Positions 36,180 through 45,504 of a stretch of DNA of 64,000 nucleotides are shown here, piece after piece (positions within the stretch are counted from its first letter, which is position 1; every line of letters starts with the position of its first letter). The position numbers were made by a program, and so were the translations under genes. The DNA is from Acetobacteraceae bacterium (GTDB taxonomy: Bacteria > Pseudomonadota > Alphaproteobacteria > Acetobacterales > Acetobacteraceae), in assembly GCA_037201625.1 (NCBI GenBank), contig JBBCGR010000002.1:12831-76830 (forward strand), written 5' to 3'. Below the pieces are notes generated by a model. It was not told the origin of the DNA. It made no database searches and saw only the letters and a list, made by a program, of their open reading frames with translations.

Positions 36180-37049
36180 ATGACAGCGGAAGATCTGTCT
36201 TCTCAAAGGGATAGCGTCGGCGCTGTGGGTGACGAGATGGTCGTGCGCATGTGGCTGCACGGCAGGAGCGCCAACACCATCGCCGCATATCGGCGCGACG
36301 TGACGCGGTTCTTCGCCAGCGCGGGCAGGCCCCTGATGCAGATCCAGCTCGCCGATCTGCAGGCCTTCGCGGCCTCGATGCCGGAAGTGGCGCCGGCGAC
36401 GCGCGCCCGCTGCCTCGCCGCGGTGAAGTCGCTACTGAGCTTCGCCCGCCGCATGGGCTACCTGACGGAGGATGTCGGCGCGGCGCTGCGACTGGAGAAG
36501 CCTGGCGCGCCGCCGGTCGAGCGCATTCTCGCCGAAGCCGAGGTCAGCCGGATGATCGGCGCGGCGCCGAACCCGCGCGAGCGCACGGTGCTGCGGCTGC
36601 TCTATGGTTGCGGCCTTCGGGCATCCGAGGCCGCCGCGCTGCGACGTCGAGACCTGACCGCACACCGCCGCGGCGGCGAGGCGCGGATCCTGGGCAAGGG
36701 CAGCAAGCTGCGCGTGGTGGAGATCCCGCCGACGCTGTGGCGCGAGCTGCAGGAGCTGCAGAGTTCGCCGGCTCCGGATGCGCCGGTGATCATCGGCGCC
36801 GACGGCCGGGCACTCACGCGCAAGGGGATCTATCGGATCGTGCGTCGTGCTGCCCGCCGCGCGGGATTGGCACAGGCGGTGTCGCCGCACTGGCTGCGGC
36901 ACAGTCACGCCAGCCACGCTCTGGATCACGGCGCGCCATTGCCAGCCGTGCAGCAGGATCTCGGCCATTCGTCGCTGACGACGACGTCGCGCTATCTGCA
37001 CAAGCGAGCTGGCGACAGCTCGTCGAAATACGTACCGGGCATGAACTGA
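36180..37049 (+). CDS. XerC/XerD-like tyrosine recombinase (second recombinase of the prophage)
   Basis: 289 aa. N-terminal SAM-like core-binding domain (TIAAYRRDVTRFF). Catalytic R (GLRASE), HWLRHSHAS, LGHSSLTTTSRYLH (Tyr). No arm-binding N-domain. Confidence 0.85.
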   Translation: MTAEDLSSQRDSVGAVGDEMVVRMWLHGRSANTIAAYRRDVTRFFASAGRPLMQIQLADLQAFAASMPEVAPATRARCLAAVKSLLSFARRMGYLTEDVGAALRLEKPGAPPVERILAEAEVSRMIGAAPNPRERTVLRLLYGCGLRASEAAALRRRDLTAHRRGGEARILGKGSKLRVVEIPPTLWRELQELQSSPAPDAPVIIGADGRALTRKGIYRIVRRAARRAGLAQAVSPHWLRHSHASHALDHGAPLPAVQQDLGHSSLTTTSRYLHKRAGDSSSKYVPGMN

Positions 37050-37057
37050 GGCAATCC

Positions 37058-37699
37058 GTGGACTCTCCGCAGTCACCGACGCAGCCTGGCCACGATGTGC
37101 CGGCCGGCTTCATGCAGGACGCGCAAGGGCGGCTGGTGCCGTTGGCCCTGGTGAAGGCCGAGCACAAGCTCGAGGACCAGCTCGTGCGAGACCTGTACGC
37201 GGGTGCGTTGCAGCAGTCCGCCGCGCTGAGGGATTTCCGGGGGAAGGCAGCGGCAGAGATTGCGGCGTTCCTGTCCCTGCTGGCGGACCAGTATGGCGCG
37301 CCCCGCGGCGGTGCCAAAGGCAATCTCACGCTCAGCAGCTACGACGGGACATTGCGGATTCAGCTCGCCATCGGTGATCAGCTGGCGTTCGGCCCCGAGC
37401 TGCAGGTGGCAAAGACGCTGGTGGATGACTGCATCCGGGCCTGGTCGGAGGGTGCGGACGAGAAGCTGCTGGCGATCGTCAACGACGCGTTCGCGGTGGA
37501 CAAGCAGGGCAAGCTGAACGTCGACAGAATTCTCGCGCTGCGGCGCCTCGCGATCGATGACGAGGCGTGGCAGCACGCGATGTCCGCGATCAGCGACGCG
37601 ATCCGCGTGGTGCGATCGAAGGAATACCTGCGCTTCTACCAGCGGGCGAAGCCCGACGAGAAGTTTCAGCAGGTGCCGCTGGATCTGGCGTCGGTGTGA
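37058..37699 (+). CDS. DUF3164 family phage protein
   Basis: C-terminal half of ORF 36251..37699: PAGFMQDAQGRLVPLALVKAEHKLEDQLV...GGAKGNLTLSSYDG...VPLDLASV. GTG 37058 follows GAGG. Confidence 0.7.
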   Translation: MDSPQSPTQPGHDVPAGFMQDAQGRLVPLALVKAEHKLEDQLVRDLYAGALQQSAALRDFRGKAAAEIAAFLSLLADQYGAPRGGAKGNLTLSSYDGTLRIQLAIGDQLAFGPELQVAKTLVDDCIRAWSEGADEKLLAIVNDAFAVDKQGKLNVDRILALRRLAIDDEAWQHAMSAISDAIRVVRSKEYLRFYQRAKPDEKFQQVPLDLASV

Positions 37700-38001
37700 T
37701 GCCCGGCGACCCGTTCTACCGCTCGCCGGCCTGGCGCCGGTGCCGCAAGGCGTTCGTCGCCGCGCATCCGGTCTGCGACGTGCCCGGCTGCGGCCAGCCG
37801 ACGACCGACGTCGACCACCGTCAGGCGATCGCCGCCGGTGGCGCGCCGTTCGCCTGGTCGAACCTGCGCGGCCTCTGCCACGCGCACCACAGCCAGAAGA
37901 CGGCGCGGCAGGATCGGCCGAGCTATCGGCGGTCCGACCGGCCCCTCACGGTCCGTGGGACCGATGCCGACGGCTGGCCGCTGGACCCCGGGCACCGCTG
38001 A
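37699..38001 (+). CDS. HNH endonuclease (packaging-associated)
   Basis: CxxxxC...DVDHRQAIAAGG...SNLRGLCHAHHSQKT. ATGA coupling. Sits immediately upstream of the terminase genes. Confidence 0.85.
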   Translation: MPGDPFYRSPAWRRCRKAFVAAHPVCDVPGCGQPTTDVDHRQAIAAGGAPFAWSNLRGLCHAHHSQKTARQDRPSYRRSDRPLTVRGTDADGWPLDPGHR

Positions 38002-38099
38002 GGGGGAGGGGGGGCTCGATCCCTGGACGCCACGGGGCCGCGGACCGATCAGGGCCTCTCCGCACGCTTCCACAGTTCAGATGTTGAGCCAGTGACCCG

Positions 38100-38492
38100 A
38101 TGCCTGCTCCGAGGACGCCGCGTGCGAAGGCCAAGGTTGCCGGCAGCGATGTGAAGAACCCGCAGCGGTACCGGGCGCGCAAGGATCCAGCGGCCGCACC
38201 GCTGGGCAGTCCGCCGACCTGGATGGATGAGTTGCAGGGCCGGGTCTGGCGCACCTTCGCCGGCGAACTGCCGTGGCTGAACCGCTCTCACAGGGCGTTG
38301 CTGGAGATCGCGGTGACCGTGCGGACCCGTCTGATGGCGGGCGACGAGGTGCCGGGCGTCCAGGCGCTCAACCTGCTGCGGCAATGCCTCGGCCAGATGG
38401 GTGCCACGCCGGCCGACGCGACCAAGGTGCAGGTGCCGGATGACGGCGAGGAAGACCCGGACGAGGCGCTCTTCCGGCCGCCCGTCCACTGA
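38100..38492 (+). CDS. terS: terminase small subunit (P27-family-like)
   Basis: 130 aa. Position before TerL. Block W..F..ELPWL...H.ALLEIAV..R. Confidence 0.65.
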   Translation: MPAPRTPRAKAKVAGSDVKNPQRYRARKDPAAAPLGSPPTWMDELQGRVWRTFAGELPWLNRSHRALLEIAVTVRTRLMAGDEVPGVQALNLLRQCLGQMGATPADATKVQVPDDGEEDPDEALFRPPVH

Positions 38493-40332
38493 TCGCGCCA
38501 CAGCCTACGCCGAGGCGGTGATCGCCGGCGCGATCGTCGCCGGCCCGCATGTCAGGAACGCCTGCCGCCGGCACATGCAGGACCTGGCCGTCGGCCACCT
38601 GCGCGGGTTGCGCTATGACGTCGCCGCGGCCGAGCACGTCTGGACCTTCTTCGAGCGCGCCTTCCGGCTGTCGGAGGGGCAGTTCGAGGGCAAGCCCTTC
38701 GCGCTCCACCCGTCCCAGGCTTTCATCCTGGGGATGATCTTCGGCTGGAAGCGCGCCGACGGCATGCGGCGCTTCCGTCGGGCGTACATCGAGCAGGGGA
38801 AGGGCAACGGCAAGTCGCCGCTCGCCGGCGGCATCGGCATCTACGGCATGATGGCCGACGGCGAGGCCGGCGCGCAGATCTATGCCGCGGGCGCGCGGAA
38901 GGAACAGGCGGGCATCCTGTTCCAGGACGCCTGCAAGATGATCCGCAAGTCGCCGCTGCTCAGCAGGCGGCTGCGGTTCAGCGGTGGATTGGGCCGCGAG
39001 TTCAACGTCGCGCATCATCGATCCGGGTCGTTCTTCCGGCCGATCTCGCGGGAGGCCGGCAAGACCGGGTCCGGGCCACGGCCGCACTTCGCGCTGTGCG
39101 ACGAGGTGCACGAGCACCCCAACCGCTCGGTGATCGAGATTCTGGAGCGCGGGTTCAAGTTCCGCCGCCAGCCGCTGCTGCTGATGATCACCAACAGCGG
39201 GTCGGACCGGAAGTCGCTGTGCCGCGAGGAACATGAGCACGCGGTGAAGGTCGCGGCCGGCACGCGGACACCGGATGACGCCGCCACCTATGTGGGCGAG
39301 GTCATCGACGACGACACGTTCGCCTATGTCTGCGCCCTCGATCCCGGCGACGATCCGCTCGAGGACCCGAGTTGCTGGCCGAAGGCCAACCCGCTGCTCG
39401 GCGTGACGGTGCAGCACGACTACCTGGCGGGTGTGGTGCGCCAGGCCAAAGACTTGCCGGGCGCGCTCAACGGCATCCTGCGGCTGCATTTCTGCGTCTG
39501 GACGGACGCCGACCGGGCGTGGATGAGCCGCGCCACGCTGGAGGCAGTGCTGGCGGACTTCGATCCGGCCGAGCATGCCGGGCGCGAGGTCAGGCTGGGC
39601 ATCGACCTCTCGGCGACCCAGGACCTGACCGCCATGGGCGCCGTGGTGCGCACGGGAACGGTGTCCGTTGCGCGCGAGGACGGCGCGACGGTGGAACTGC
39701 CGACCTATGACGCCTGGGTCGAGGCATGGACGCCTGGCGACACGCTGGTGGAGCGGGCGGTACGCGACAACGCACCATATGGCGTGTGGGCCAAGGATGG
39801 CTGGCTGAACGCGCCACCTGGCAAGACGATCCGCATGGACTTCATGGCGGCCCGCGTGGCGGAGCTGCAGGCGATCTACCGCGTGACGATGCTGGCGTAC
39901 GACGCCTATGCGTTCCGCAAGCACTTCGAGCCGCAGCTCGACGAGGCGGGGGTGACGATCCCGCTGGTTGAGCATCCGCAGGGCGGCAAGCGGCGCGCGA
40001 CGCCGAGCGAGGCGCAGATTGCCGCCGCCGAGGCCGAAGGCTCCAAGGCCGAGGGGCTTTGGATGCCGGGCTCGGTGCGCGAGCTGGAGACGCTGATCCT
40101 CGAGCGTCGCATCCGCATCCGGCGCAGTCCGGTGGTTGTCTCGGCGATGATGTCGGCGGTGACGGAATCCGACCCGTTCGACAACCGATGGTTCTCGAAA
40201 GCCAAGGCGGTGAACCGCATCGACCCGCTGGTCGCGTTGACGATCGGCGTAGGCGCCACGCTCGCGGATGTCGGACAGGAGGTCCGCTCGCCCTGGGAAG
40301 ACCCGGGCTTCCGGCTGGGCAGCAAGGGGTAA
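38440..40332 (+). CDS. terL: terminase large subunit
   Basis: Walker A-like EQGKGNGKS, then HFALCDEVHEH and LLMITNSG blocks, and a C-terminal nuclease domain. ATG 38440 is the only start before the conserved N-terminus (the track start at 38401 is GTG). Confidence 0.9.
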   Translation: MTARKTRTRRSSGRPSTDRATAYAEAVIAGAIVAGPHVRNACRRHMQDLAVGHLRGLRYDVAAAEHVWTFFERAFRLSEGQFEGKPFALHPSQAFILGMIFGWKRADGMRRFRRAYIEQGKGNGKSPLAGGIGIYGMMADGEAGAQIYAAGARKEQAGILFQDACKMIRKSPLLSRRLRFSGGLGREFNVAHHRSGSFFRPISREAGKTGSGPRPHFALCDEVHEHPNRSVIEILERGFKFRRQPLLLMITNSGSDRKSLCREEHEHAVKVAAGTRTPDDAATYVGEVIDDDTFAYVCALDPGDDPLEDPSCWPKANPLLGVTVQHDYLAGVVRQAKDLPGALNGILRLHFCVWTDADRAWMSRATLEAVLADFDPAEHAGREVRLGIDLSATQDLTAMGAVVRTGTVSVAREDGATVELPTYDAWVEAWTPGDTLVERAVRDNAPYGVWAKDGWLNAPPGKTIRMDFMAARVAELQAIYRVTMLAYDAYAFRKHFEPQLDEAGVTIPLVEHPQGGKRRATPSEAQIAAAEAEGSKAEGLWMPGSVRELETLILERRIRIRRSPVVVSAMMSAVTESDPFDNRWFSKAKAVNRIDPLVALTIGVGATLADVGQEVRSPWEDPGFRLGSKG

Positions 40333-40336
40333 GCGG

Positions 40337-41662
40337 ATGTGGCCGTTCCGGCGAAGCCAGCGCACGCTCGAGCGGGAGCTGGGCCGCATCCTGCTGGACC
40401 GTGCGGAGGCTCGCTCCTCGCCGGAGGACCCGCGGATCCCTCTGTCCAGTCCGGAGGCGTTCTCTGCGCTGTTCGGCAGCTGGCGAAGCGCCGCCGGCGT
40501 CGAGGTCACGCCGGAACGGGCGCTGGGCGTGCCGGCCGTGTGGTGCGCGGTGAACTTCATCGCGGGCACGATCGCGTCGCTGCCGCTGATCACCTACACG
40601 CGGGACGCGGAGGGCAACCGTCGGCGCGCCGATGGCGATCCGATCTACTGGCTGCTGCATGACGAGGTGAACGCCGAGCTGCAGACCTCGTTTGCCTGGC
40701 GTAAATACTCGATGGTCAACACGCTGCTGCGCGGCCGGTCGGTGAGCTTCATCGAGCGCAACCGGATCGGGCGGCCGACGAATCTCTGGCCGCTGAACCC
40801 ACTCGCCACCACTGTGGAGCGCGTCGGTGGCCGGAAGCAGTACCGGTACCGCGACGGCGCGGCGGAGCACGTCTACGCCGCCAGCGAGGTCATCGACATC
40901 CCCTTCATGCTGTGCGTCGACGGCATCAGCGCCGAAGCGCCGACCAGCAGGCTGCGGAACTCGCTCGGGCTGGCGATCGCCATCGAGGACTATGCCGCGA
41001 CCTTCTTCCGCGGCGGCGGTGTGCCGCCGCTGGCGATGCAGATGCCGGACAAGGCTTCACCGGCAGCCGGCACGCGTGCCGCCGCCAACATCGATGAGCT
41101 GATCCGCGATGCGCGGAGCGACGGCAGGCTGGTCCTGCCGCTTCCGACGGGACATCGGCTGGAGCAGATCGGCTTCAACCCGGAGGCCGGCCAGCTGGTC
41201 GAGGCGCGGCGGCTGCAGGTGGAAGAGATCGCTCGGATGTTCATGCTCCCGCCGATCTTCCTGCAGGAGCTGACCCGGGCGAATTTCGCCAACTCGGAGC
41301 AGCAGGACCTGCACTTCGTCAAGCACACGCTGACGCAGTGGCTGGAATGCTGGGAGCAGGAGCTGAACGCCAAGCTGTTCGGCCCGCGCAGCCGGAACTT
41401 CGTCGAGTTCAACGTCGACGGGCTGCTGCGGGGCGACTTCGCGACGCGCATGGCCGGCTACGCCACGGGCATCCAGAACGCGATCATCACGCCGGACGAG
41501 GCGCGCGACAGCGAGAACCGGCCGCGGATGGGCGGCGAGGCGGCGAAGCTGCACGTCCAGGGTGCGACCGTGCCGCTCGGCGAGCAGACCCGCGCGGTCG
41601 GCACCCCGTCCAATGCGCCGATCCACCCGCCCGCACAGCCGGCGAAGGCAAGCGACAAATGA
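40337..41662 (+). CDS. portal protein (HK97 family)
   Basis: MWPFRR... ALGVPAVWCAVNFIAGTIASLPL is typical of HK97-type portals. Order is terL-portal-protease-capsid. Confidence 0.9.
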   Translation: MWPFRRSQRTLERELGRILLDRAEARSSPEDPRIPLSSPEAFSALFGSWRSAAGVEVTPERALGVPAVWCAVNFIAGTIASLPLITYTRDAEGNRRRADGDPIYWLLHDEVNAELQTSFAWRKYSMVNTLLRGRSVSFIERNRIGRPTNLWPLNPLATTVERVGGRKQYRYRDGAAEHVYAASEVIDIPFMLCVDGISAEAPTSRLRNSLGLAIAIEDYAATFFRGGGVPPLAMQMPDKASPAAGTRAAANIDELIRDARSDGRLVLPLPTGHRLEQIGFNPEAGQLVEARRLQVEEIARMFMLPPIFLQELTRANFANSEQQDLHFVKHTLTQWLECWEQELNAKLFGPRSRNFVEFNVDGLLRGDFATRMAGYATGIQNAIITPDEARDSENRPRMGGEAAKLHVQGATVPLGEQTRAVGTPSNAPIHPPAQPAKASDK

Positions 41663-42270
41663 CCGAGACCAGATTTGCATCGACGCTGCCGGAGCGGCGC
41701 CCCGGCGTGCTTCGCGAGATCCGCGAAGCCGAGGGCAGCGTGCACGTCGCCGGACATCCTGCTGTGTTCAACCAGGTCGCCGATATCGGCGGCTGGTTCC
41801 GCGAGAAGATCATGCCCGGCGCATTCGCGCGCGCGATCCGCGAGGACGACGTGCCCTTCCTGATCGAGCATGCCGGCCTGCCGCTCGCCCGCAACACGTC
41901 GGGCACGCTCGCTCTGGCCGAGGACGGTCAGGGCCTGGCGATGGATGCGCGCCTCGATGGCAGCGATCCCGACGTGCAGCGCATCGTGCCGAAGATGCAG
42001 CGCGGCGACCTGAACAAGATGTCGTTCGGTTTCCTGGCCACCCGCCAGGAGTGGGACGAGACCGGCGAGATTCCGCTGCGCATCATCCACGAGTGCCGGC
42101 TGTTCGACGTCTCGATCGTCACCATGCCGGCCTATGCCGGCACCGATATCGGGCTGCGGTCGCTCGCCGAGTGGCGAAGTGCCCACCCACCCGCCAAGGG
42201 CGCGCCGGTGATCGCCACGCGGCTGCGGATGCGCCTGGCGGGCCGCACGCGCGGCCTGGCCATCCGGTAG
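41659..42270 (+). CDS. prohead protease (HK97 family, S78)
   Basis: GHPAVFNQ...PGAF......VPFLIEH......LARNTSGTL, then MSFGF. ATGA coupling to the portal gene. Confidence 0.85.
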   Translation: MTETRFASTLPERRPGVLREIREAEGSVHVAGHPAVFNQVADIGGWFREKIMPGAFARAIREDDVPFLIEHAGLPLARNTSGTLALAEDGQGLAMDARLDGSDPDVQRIVPKMQRGDLNKMSFGFLATRQEWDETGEIPLRIIHECRLFDVSIVTMPAYAGTDIGLRSLAEWRSAHPPAKGAPVIATRLRMRLAGRTRGLAIR

Positions 42271-42341
42271 CCGATCCGTCGACCGCGTCTCGCGCAGGCC
42301 TGACGCACCTCTCAACCCGTCTGTAGCCCAAGGAGCCTTGC

Positions 42342-43631
42342 ATGGCCGTCCTCCAGGACCTGCGCGAGAAGCAGCAGAAGCTTGTCGTCGATGCGCGCGC
42401 CAAACTCGACGAGATCAAGGACGACACGCCCGAGGCGCGCGCCAAGGAGATCGAGACCGAGTACGACCGGCTGATGGCCGAGTACGACCGGCTCGAGGAG
42501 CGCTGCAAGCGCGAGGAGGACCTGGCGCGCCGCGCGGCGGAGAACGACCGGCCGGACCCGCGCCGCCCCAACCAGGAGGATCGCACCGCCCCGCCGCCCG
42601 GTGATCCGAAGGAGACGCCGGAGGCACGCGAGAAGGCCTATGCCGAGGCGTTCCGCAACATGCTGTGCTTCGGCCGCGAGAACTTGCCGCCGGAGCAGCG
42701 GGCGCTGCTGAACGAGCGCCAGTCGGCCGCACGCGCCTTCCTGGGCAGCGGCGAGGTCCGCGCGCAGGGTGTGGCGATCGGCAGCCAGGGCGGCGACCTG
42801 GTGCCCGCCGGCTTCATGCCGGAGCTCAGCAAGGCCATGAAGGCCTACGGCCCGATGCTGGACGCGCTGATCGTGCGCGAGATGGTCACCGCGACTGGCG
42901 GCTCGATCGGCTGGCCGACGATGGACGACACGTCCAACAAGGGCGCGCGCATCGCCGAGAACCAGCAGGTGTCGGTGGCGGAGGTGCAGTTCGGCACGCG
43001 CACGCTGAACGCCTACAAGTACACCTCGGGCGTGGTGCTCGTGGCCACCGAGCTGCTGTCCGATTCGCCGATGAACGTCGAGCAGATCGTGCGGGACGCC
43101 ATGGGCGAGCGCCTCGGCCGCATCGGCAACGAGGAACTCACCACCGGCACGGGCGGCGGCATGCCGAACGGCGTTGCGGTGGCCGCCGCCGCCGGCGCCA
43201 CCGCCGCGGCGGGGACCGCCATCACCTTCGACGACCTGATGGATCTCGAGCATTCAGTCGATCCGGCTTATCGCGTGGACCCGTCCTGTCGCTGGATGTT
43301 CAACGACGGCACGCTGAAGGCGCTGCGCAAGCTGAAGAACGGCGAGGGCGACTACATCTGGCAGACCGCGGATGTGAAGGCCGGCACGCCGTCGCTGGTG
43401 CTGAACTATCCGTACTCGATCAACCAGAACATGCCGTCGGTCGCGACGACGAACCGCTCGGTGCTGTTCGGCGCGTTCAGCCGCTACATCGTGCGCAAGG
43501 TGAACCAGCTCGTCATCCGCCGCCTGGTCGAGCGGTATGCCGACTTCGACCAGACCGGCTTCATCGGGTTCATGCGCTTCGACGGCAACCTGATCGATGC
43601 GGGTGCCATCAAAGCGCTGACGCACCCGTAG
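42342..43631 (+). CDS. major capsid protein (HK97 family) with N-terminal delta/scaffold-like coiled coil
   Basis: 429 aa. N-terminal charged helix (LREKQQKLVVDARAKLDEI...), then a capsid body ending FIGFMRFDG. Confidence 0.9.
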   Translation: MAVLQDLREKQQKLVVDARAKLDEIKDDTPEARAKEIETEYDRLMAEYDRLEERCKREEDLARRAAENDRPDPRRPNQEDRTAPPPGDPKETPEAREKAYAEAFRNMLCFGRENLPPEQRALLNERQSAARAFLGSGEVRAQGVAIGSQGGDLVPAGFMPELSKAMKAYGPMLDALIVREMVTATGGSIGWPTMDDTSNKGARIAENQQVSVAEVQFGTRTLNAYKYTSGVVLVATELLSDSPMNVEQIVRDAMGERLGRIGNEELTTGTGGGMPNGVAVAAAAGATAAAGTAITFDDLMDLEHSVDPAYRVDPSCRWMFNDGTLKALRKLKNGEGDYIWQTADVKAGTPSLVLNYPYSINQNMPSVATTNRSVLFGAFSRYIVRKVNQLVIRRLVERYADFDQTGFIGFMRFDGNLIDAGAIKALTHP

Positions 43632-43633
43632 CC

Positions 43634-43885
43634 ATGCGCGTCGAACTGCTGACCGGCTACGCAGACTGCAGGCCGGTCAGCGCGCGCCACGTGCACCACA
43701 CCGGCTCGACGGTGGATCTGCCGCAGGCCGAGGCCCTGCGCCTGATCGCACGCGGCCTGGCGCGGCCGCTGCGCGAGATCGCGCCGGAGACGACGGCATC
43801 GGCGGTCGATATCGACCGCGCGGTGCCGCCCAAGGCCGAGACGACGGCGCGGCCCGCCGGCGAACGAACCAGACGCCGCGGCTGA
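43634..43885 (+). CDS. small phage protein, paralog of 49000..49215
   Basis: Tail of ORF 42665..43885: MRVELLTGYADCRPVSARHVHHTGSTVDLPQAEALRLIARGLARPL. Shares the DLP...RLIARGL block with 49000..49215. Confidence 0.55.
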   Translation: MRVELLTGYADCRPVSARHVHHTGSTVDLPQAEALRLIARGLARPLREIAPETTASAVDIDRAVPPKAETTARPAGERTRRRG

Positions 43886-43914
43886 CCGCCGCGCCACTGA
43901 CAGGGAACCATGCC

Positions 43915-44370
43915 ATGACCAATCCCTCGCGCGTGATGAAGACCATGCGGATCAAGCCCGACGGCTCGGGCTACACCGTCGCCGGCGGCACGTCGGACGT
44001 GAACAGCGACATCGTCGATACCGCCGGGTTCGACGGCGTCCGCTTCATCGTGGGCTTCGGCGCGATCACCTCTGGCGGCGTGCAGTCGATCAAGCTGCAG
44101 CAGAACACCGCGAACAGCGGTGGCGCGATGGCCGACCTCGCGGGCACCGGCATCACGGTCGCCGACACCGACGACAACAAGATCGCCATCGCCGAGGTGT
44201 TCCGCCCGGCCGAGCGCTACCTGCGGGTGGTGACCAAGCGCGCGACGCAGAACTCGGCGATCGACTTCTGCCTCGTCGAGCTGTTCGACCCGCGCGTGCG
44301 GCCGATTACCGACGATGCCTCGGTGATCGCGTCCGAGGTGGCTTCGACGCCGGCCGAAGGCACGGCCTGA
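43915..44370 (+). CDS. hypothetical phage structural-region protein
   Basis: 151-aa ORF with good coding character. No family recognised. Confidence 0.6.
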   Translation: MTNPSRVMKTMRIKPDGSGYTVAGGTSDVNSDIVDTAGFDGVRFIVGFGAITSGGVQSIKLQQNTANSGGAMADLAGTGITVADTDDNKIAIAEVFRPAERYLRVVTKRATQNSAIDFCLVELFDPRVRPITDDASVIASEVASTPAEGTA

Positions 44371-44464
44371 GCCGCACTCGACTGAGACCGGCCGGCTCGC
44401 GCCGGACTGAGACCGGCCGGCCCGTGCCGGCCGGACCGCACAGCAATACCCGGAGATAGCGCGC

Positions 44465-45089
44465 ATGGCCGATCCAACCGTCAACGCGAAGATCTATCGC
44501 GACCAGGGCGGCGACCGCCTCGTCGCCAAGACTGGTGGTGCCGTCGTGATCGAGGACGGCGCCACGTTCAGCATGGGCGGCGACCGCAACAAGGGGTTCG
44601 TCCCGCTCGACCTGATGAATGCCCGCGAGGTGGCGACCAACGCCACCATCAACGCGTCCGGCAATGGCGGCATCCTCGCCTCCGACACCACGCCCATCCT
44701 GCAGCGGGGTGAACGGCGCGACCGACAAGGCGCTGCGGCTGAACTGGGCAGCCTCGAATGTCGACGAGATCACCTGGTCCTTCGCCTACCCGCCGGACCT
44801 CGACGATGCGCAGCCGGTCGAGGTGCACGTGCTCGCGGCAATGGCCGGCGCCAGCGACACGCCGATCCTGACGGTCGGCTACTTCGAAGGCGTCGGCGAC
44901 ACCGATGCCGGCGGAGCAACGGCCGCGGTGACCGGGACGAGCGTCGCCGAGTACACGCGGACGATTGCCGCAGCCGATGTCGGTCCGGCGCCGAACGTCG
45001 CCAGTGTGTCACTCGTTCCCGGCACCCATGGCAGCGACGCGCTCTACCTCTATGCGGTCTGGATCGAATACGTGCGCAAGACGGCCTGA
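44465..45089 (+). pseudogene. frameshifted structural-region gene (+1 needed at a G4 run, 44706-44709)
   Basis: Frame A (44465) gives protein-like sequence up to ...GILASDTTPILQR, then R-rich junk. Frame B (44619..45089) continues VNGATDKALRLNWAASNVDEITW...LYLYAVWIEYVRKTA. Removing one G from CGGGGTG joins them. Confidence 0.7.
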
Positions 45090-45092
45090 TCG

Positions 45093-45464
45093 ATGTCCTA
45101 CGTGCACGCGCACCGCGTCGAGCTGGTCACCGACGCGAGCGGCAACGCGATCGGCTACACCGAAGTCGTCACCGGCCGGGTGTGCACGATCCGCTACGTG
45201 AAGAACGACTTCGCGGATGGCTCGACGATCACGGTGACCAACGAGACCACCGGCGAGACGATCTGGAGCGAGTCGAGCGTCAACGCCTCGGCCACGCGCG
45301 CGCCACGCCAGGCGACGCATTCCACCGCCGGTGCCGCCGCGGTCTACGCCTCCGGCGGCAGCGCGGTCCTGGACCGCATCGTCGTCGCCGGCGCGCGGAT
45401 CAAGGTCGTTGTCGCCAGCGGCGGCAACACGAAGTCCGGCACGTTCCACGTCGTCCTGGACTGA
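45093..45464 (+). CDS. hypothetical phage protein (beta-rich)
   Basis: 123-aa ORF, MSYVHAHRVELVTDASGNAIGYTEVVTGRV... Confidence 0.6.
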   Translation: MSYVHAHRVELVTDASGNAIGYTEVVTGRVCTIRYVKNDFADGSTITVTNETTGETIWSESSVNASATRAPRQATHSTAGAAAVYASGGSAVLDRIVVAGARIKVVVASGGNTKSGTFHVVLD

Positions 45465-45504
45465 CCACGGCGCGCACCGCCCCGCACGATCGAGGATGGA
45501 ACTG

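Noticed and set aside
36251-37699. 482-aa ORF spanning the recombinase gene and the DUF3164 gene.
   Set aside because: Only the C-terminal ~213 aa (from GTG 37058) read like a protein. The N-terminal part is an out-of-frame shadow over the Xer-like gene.
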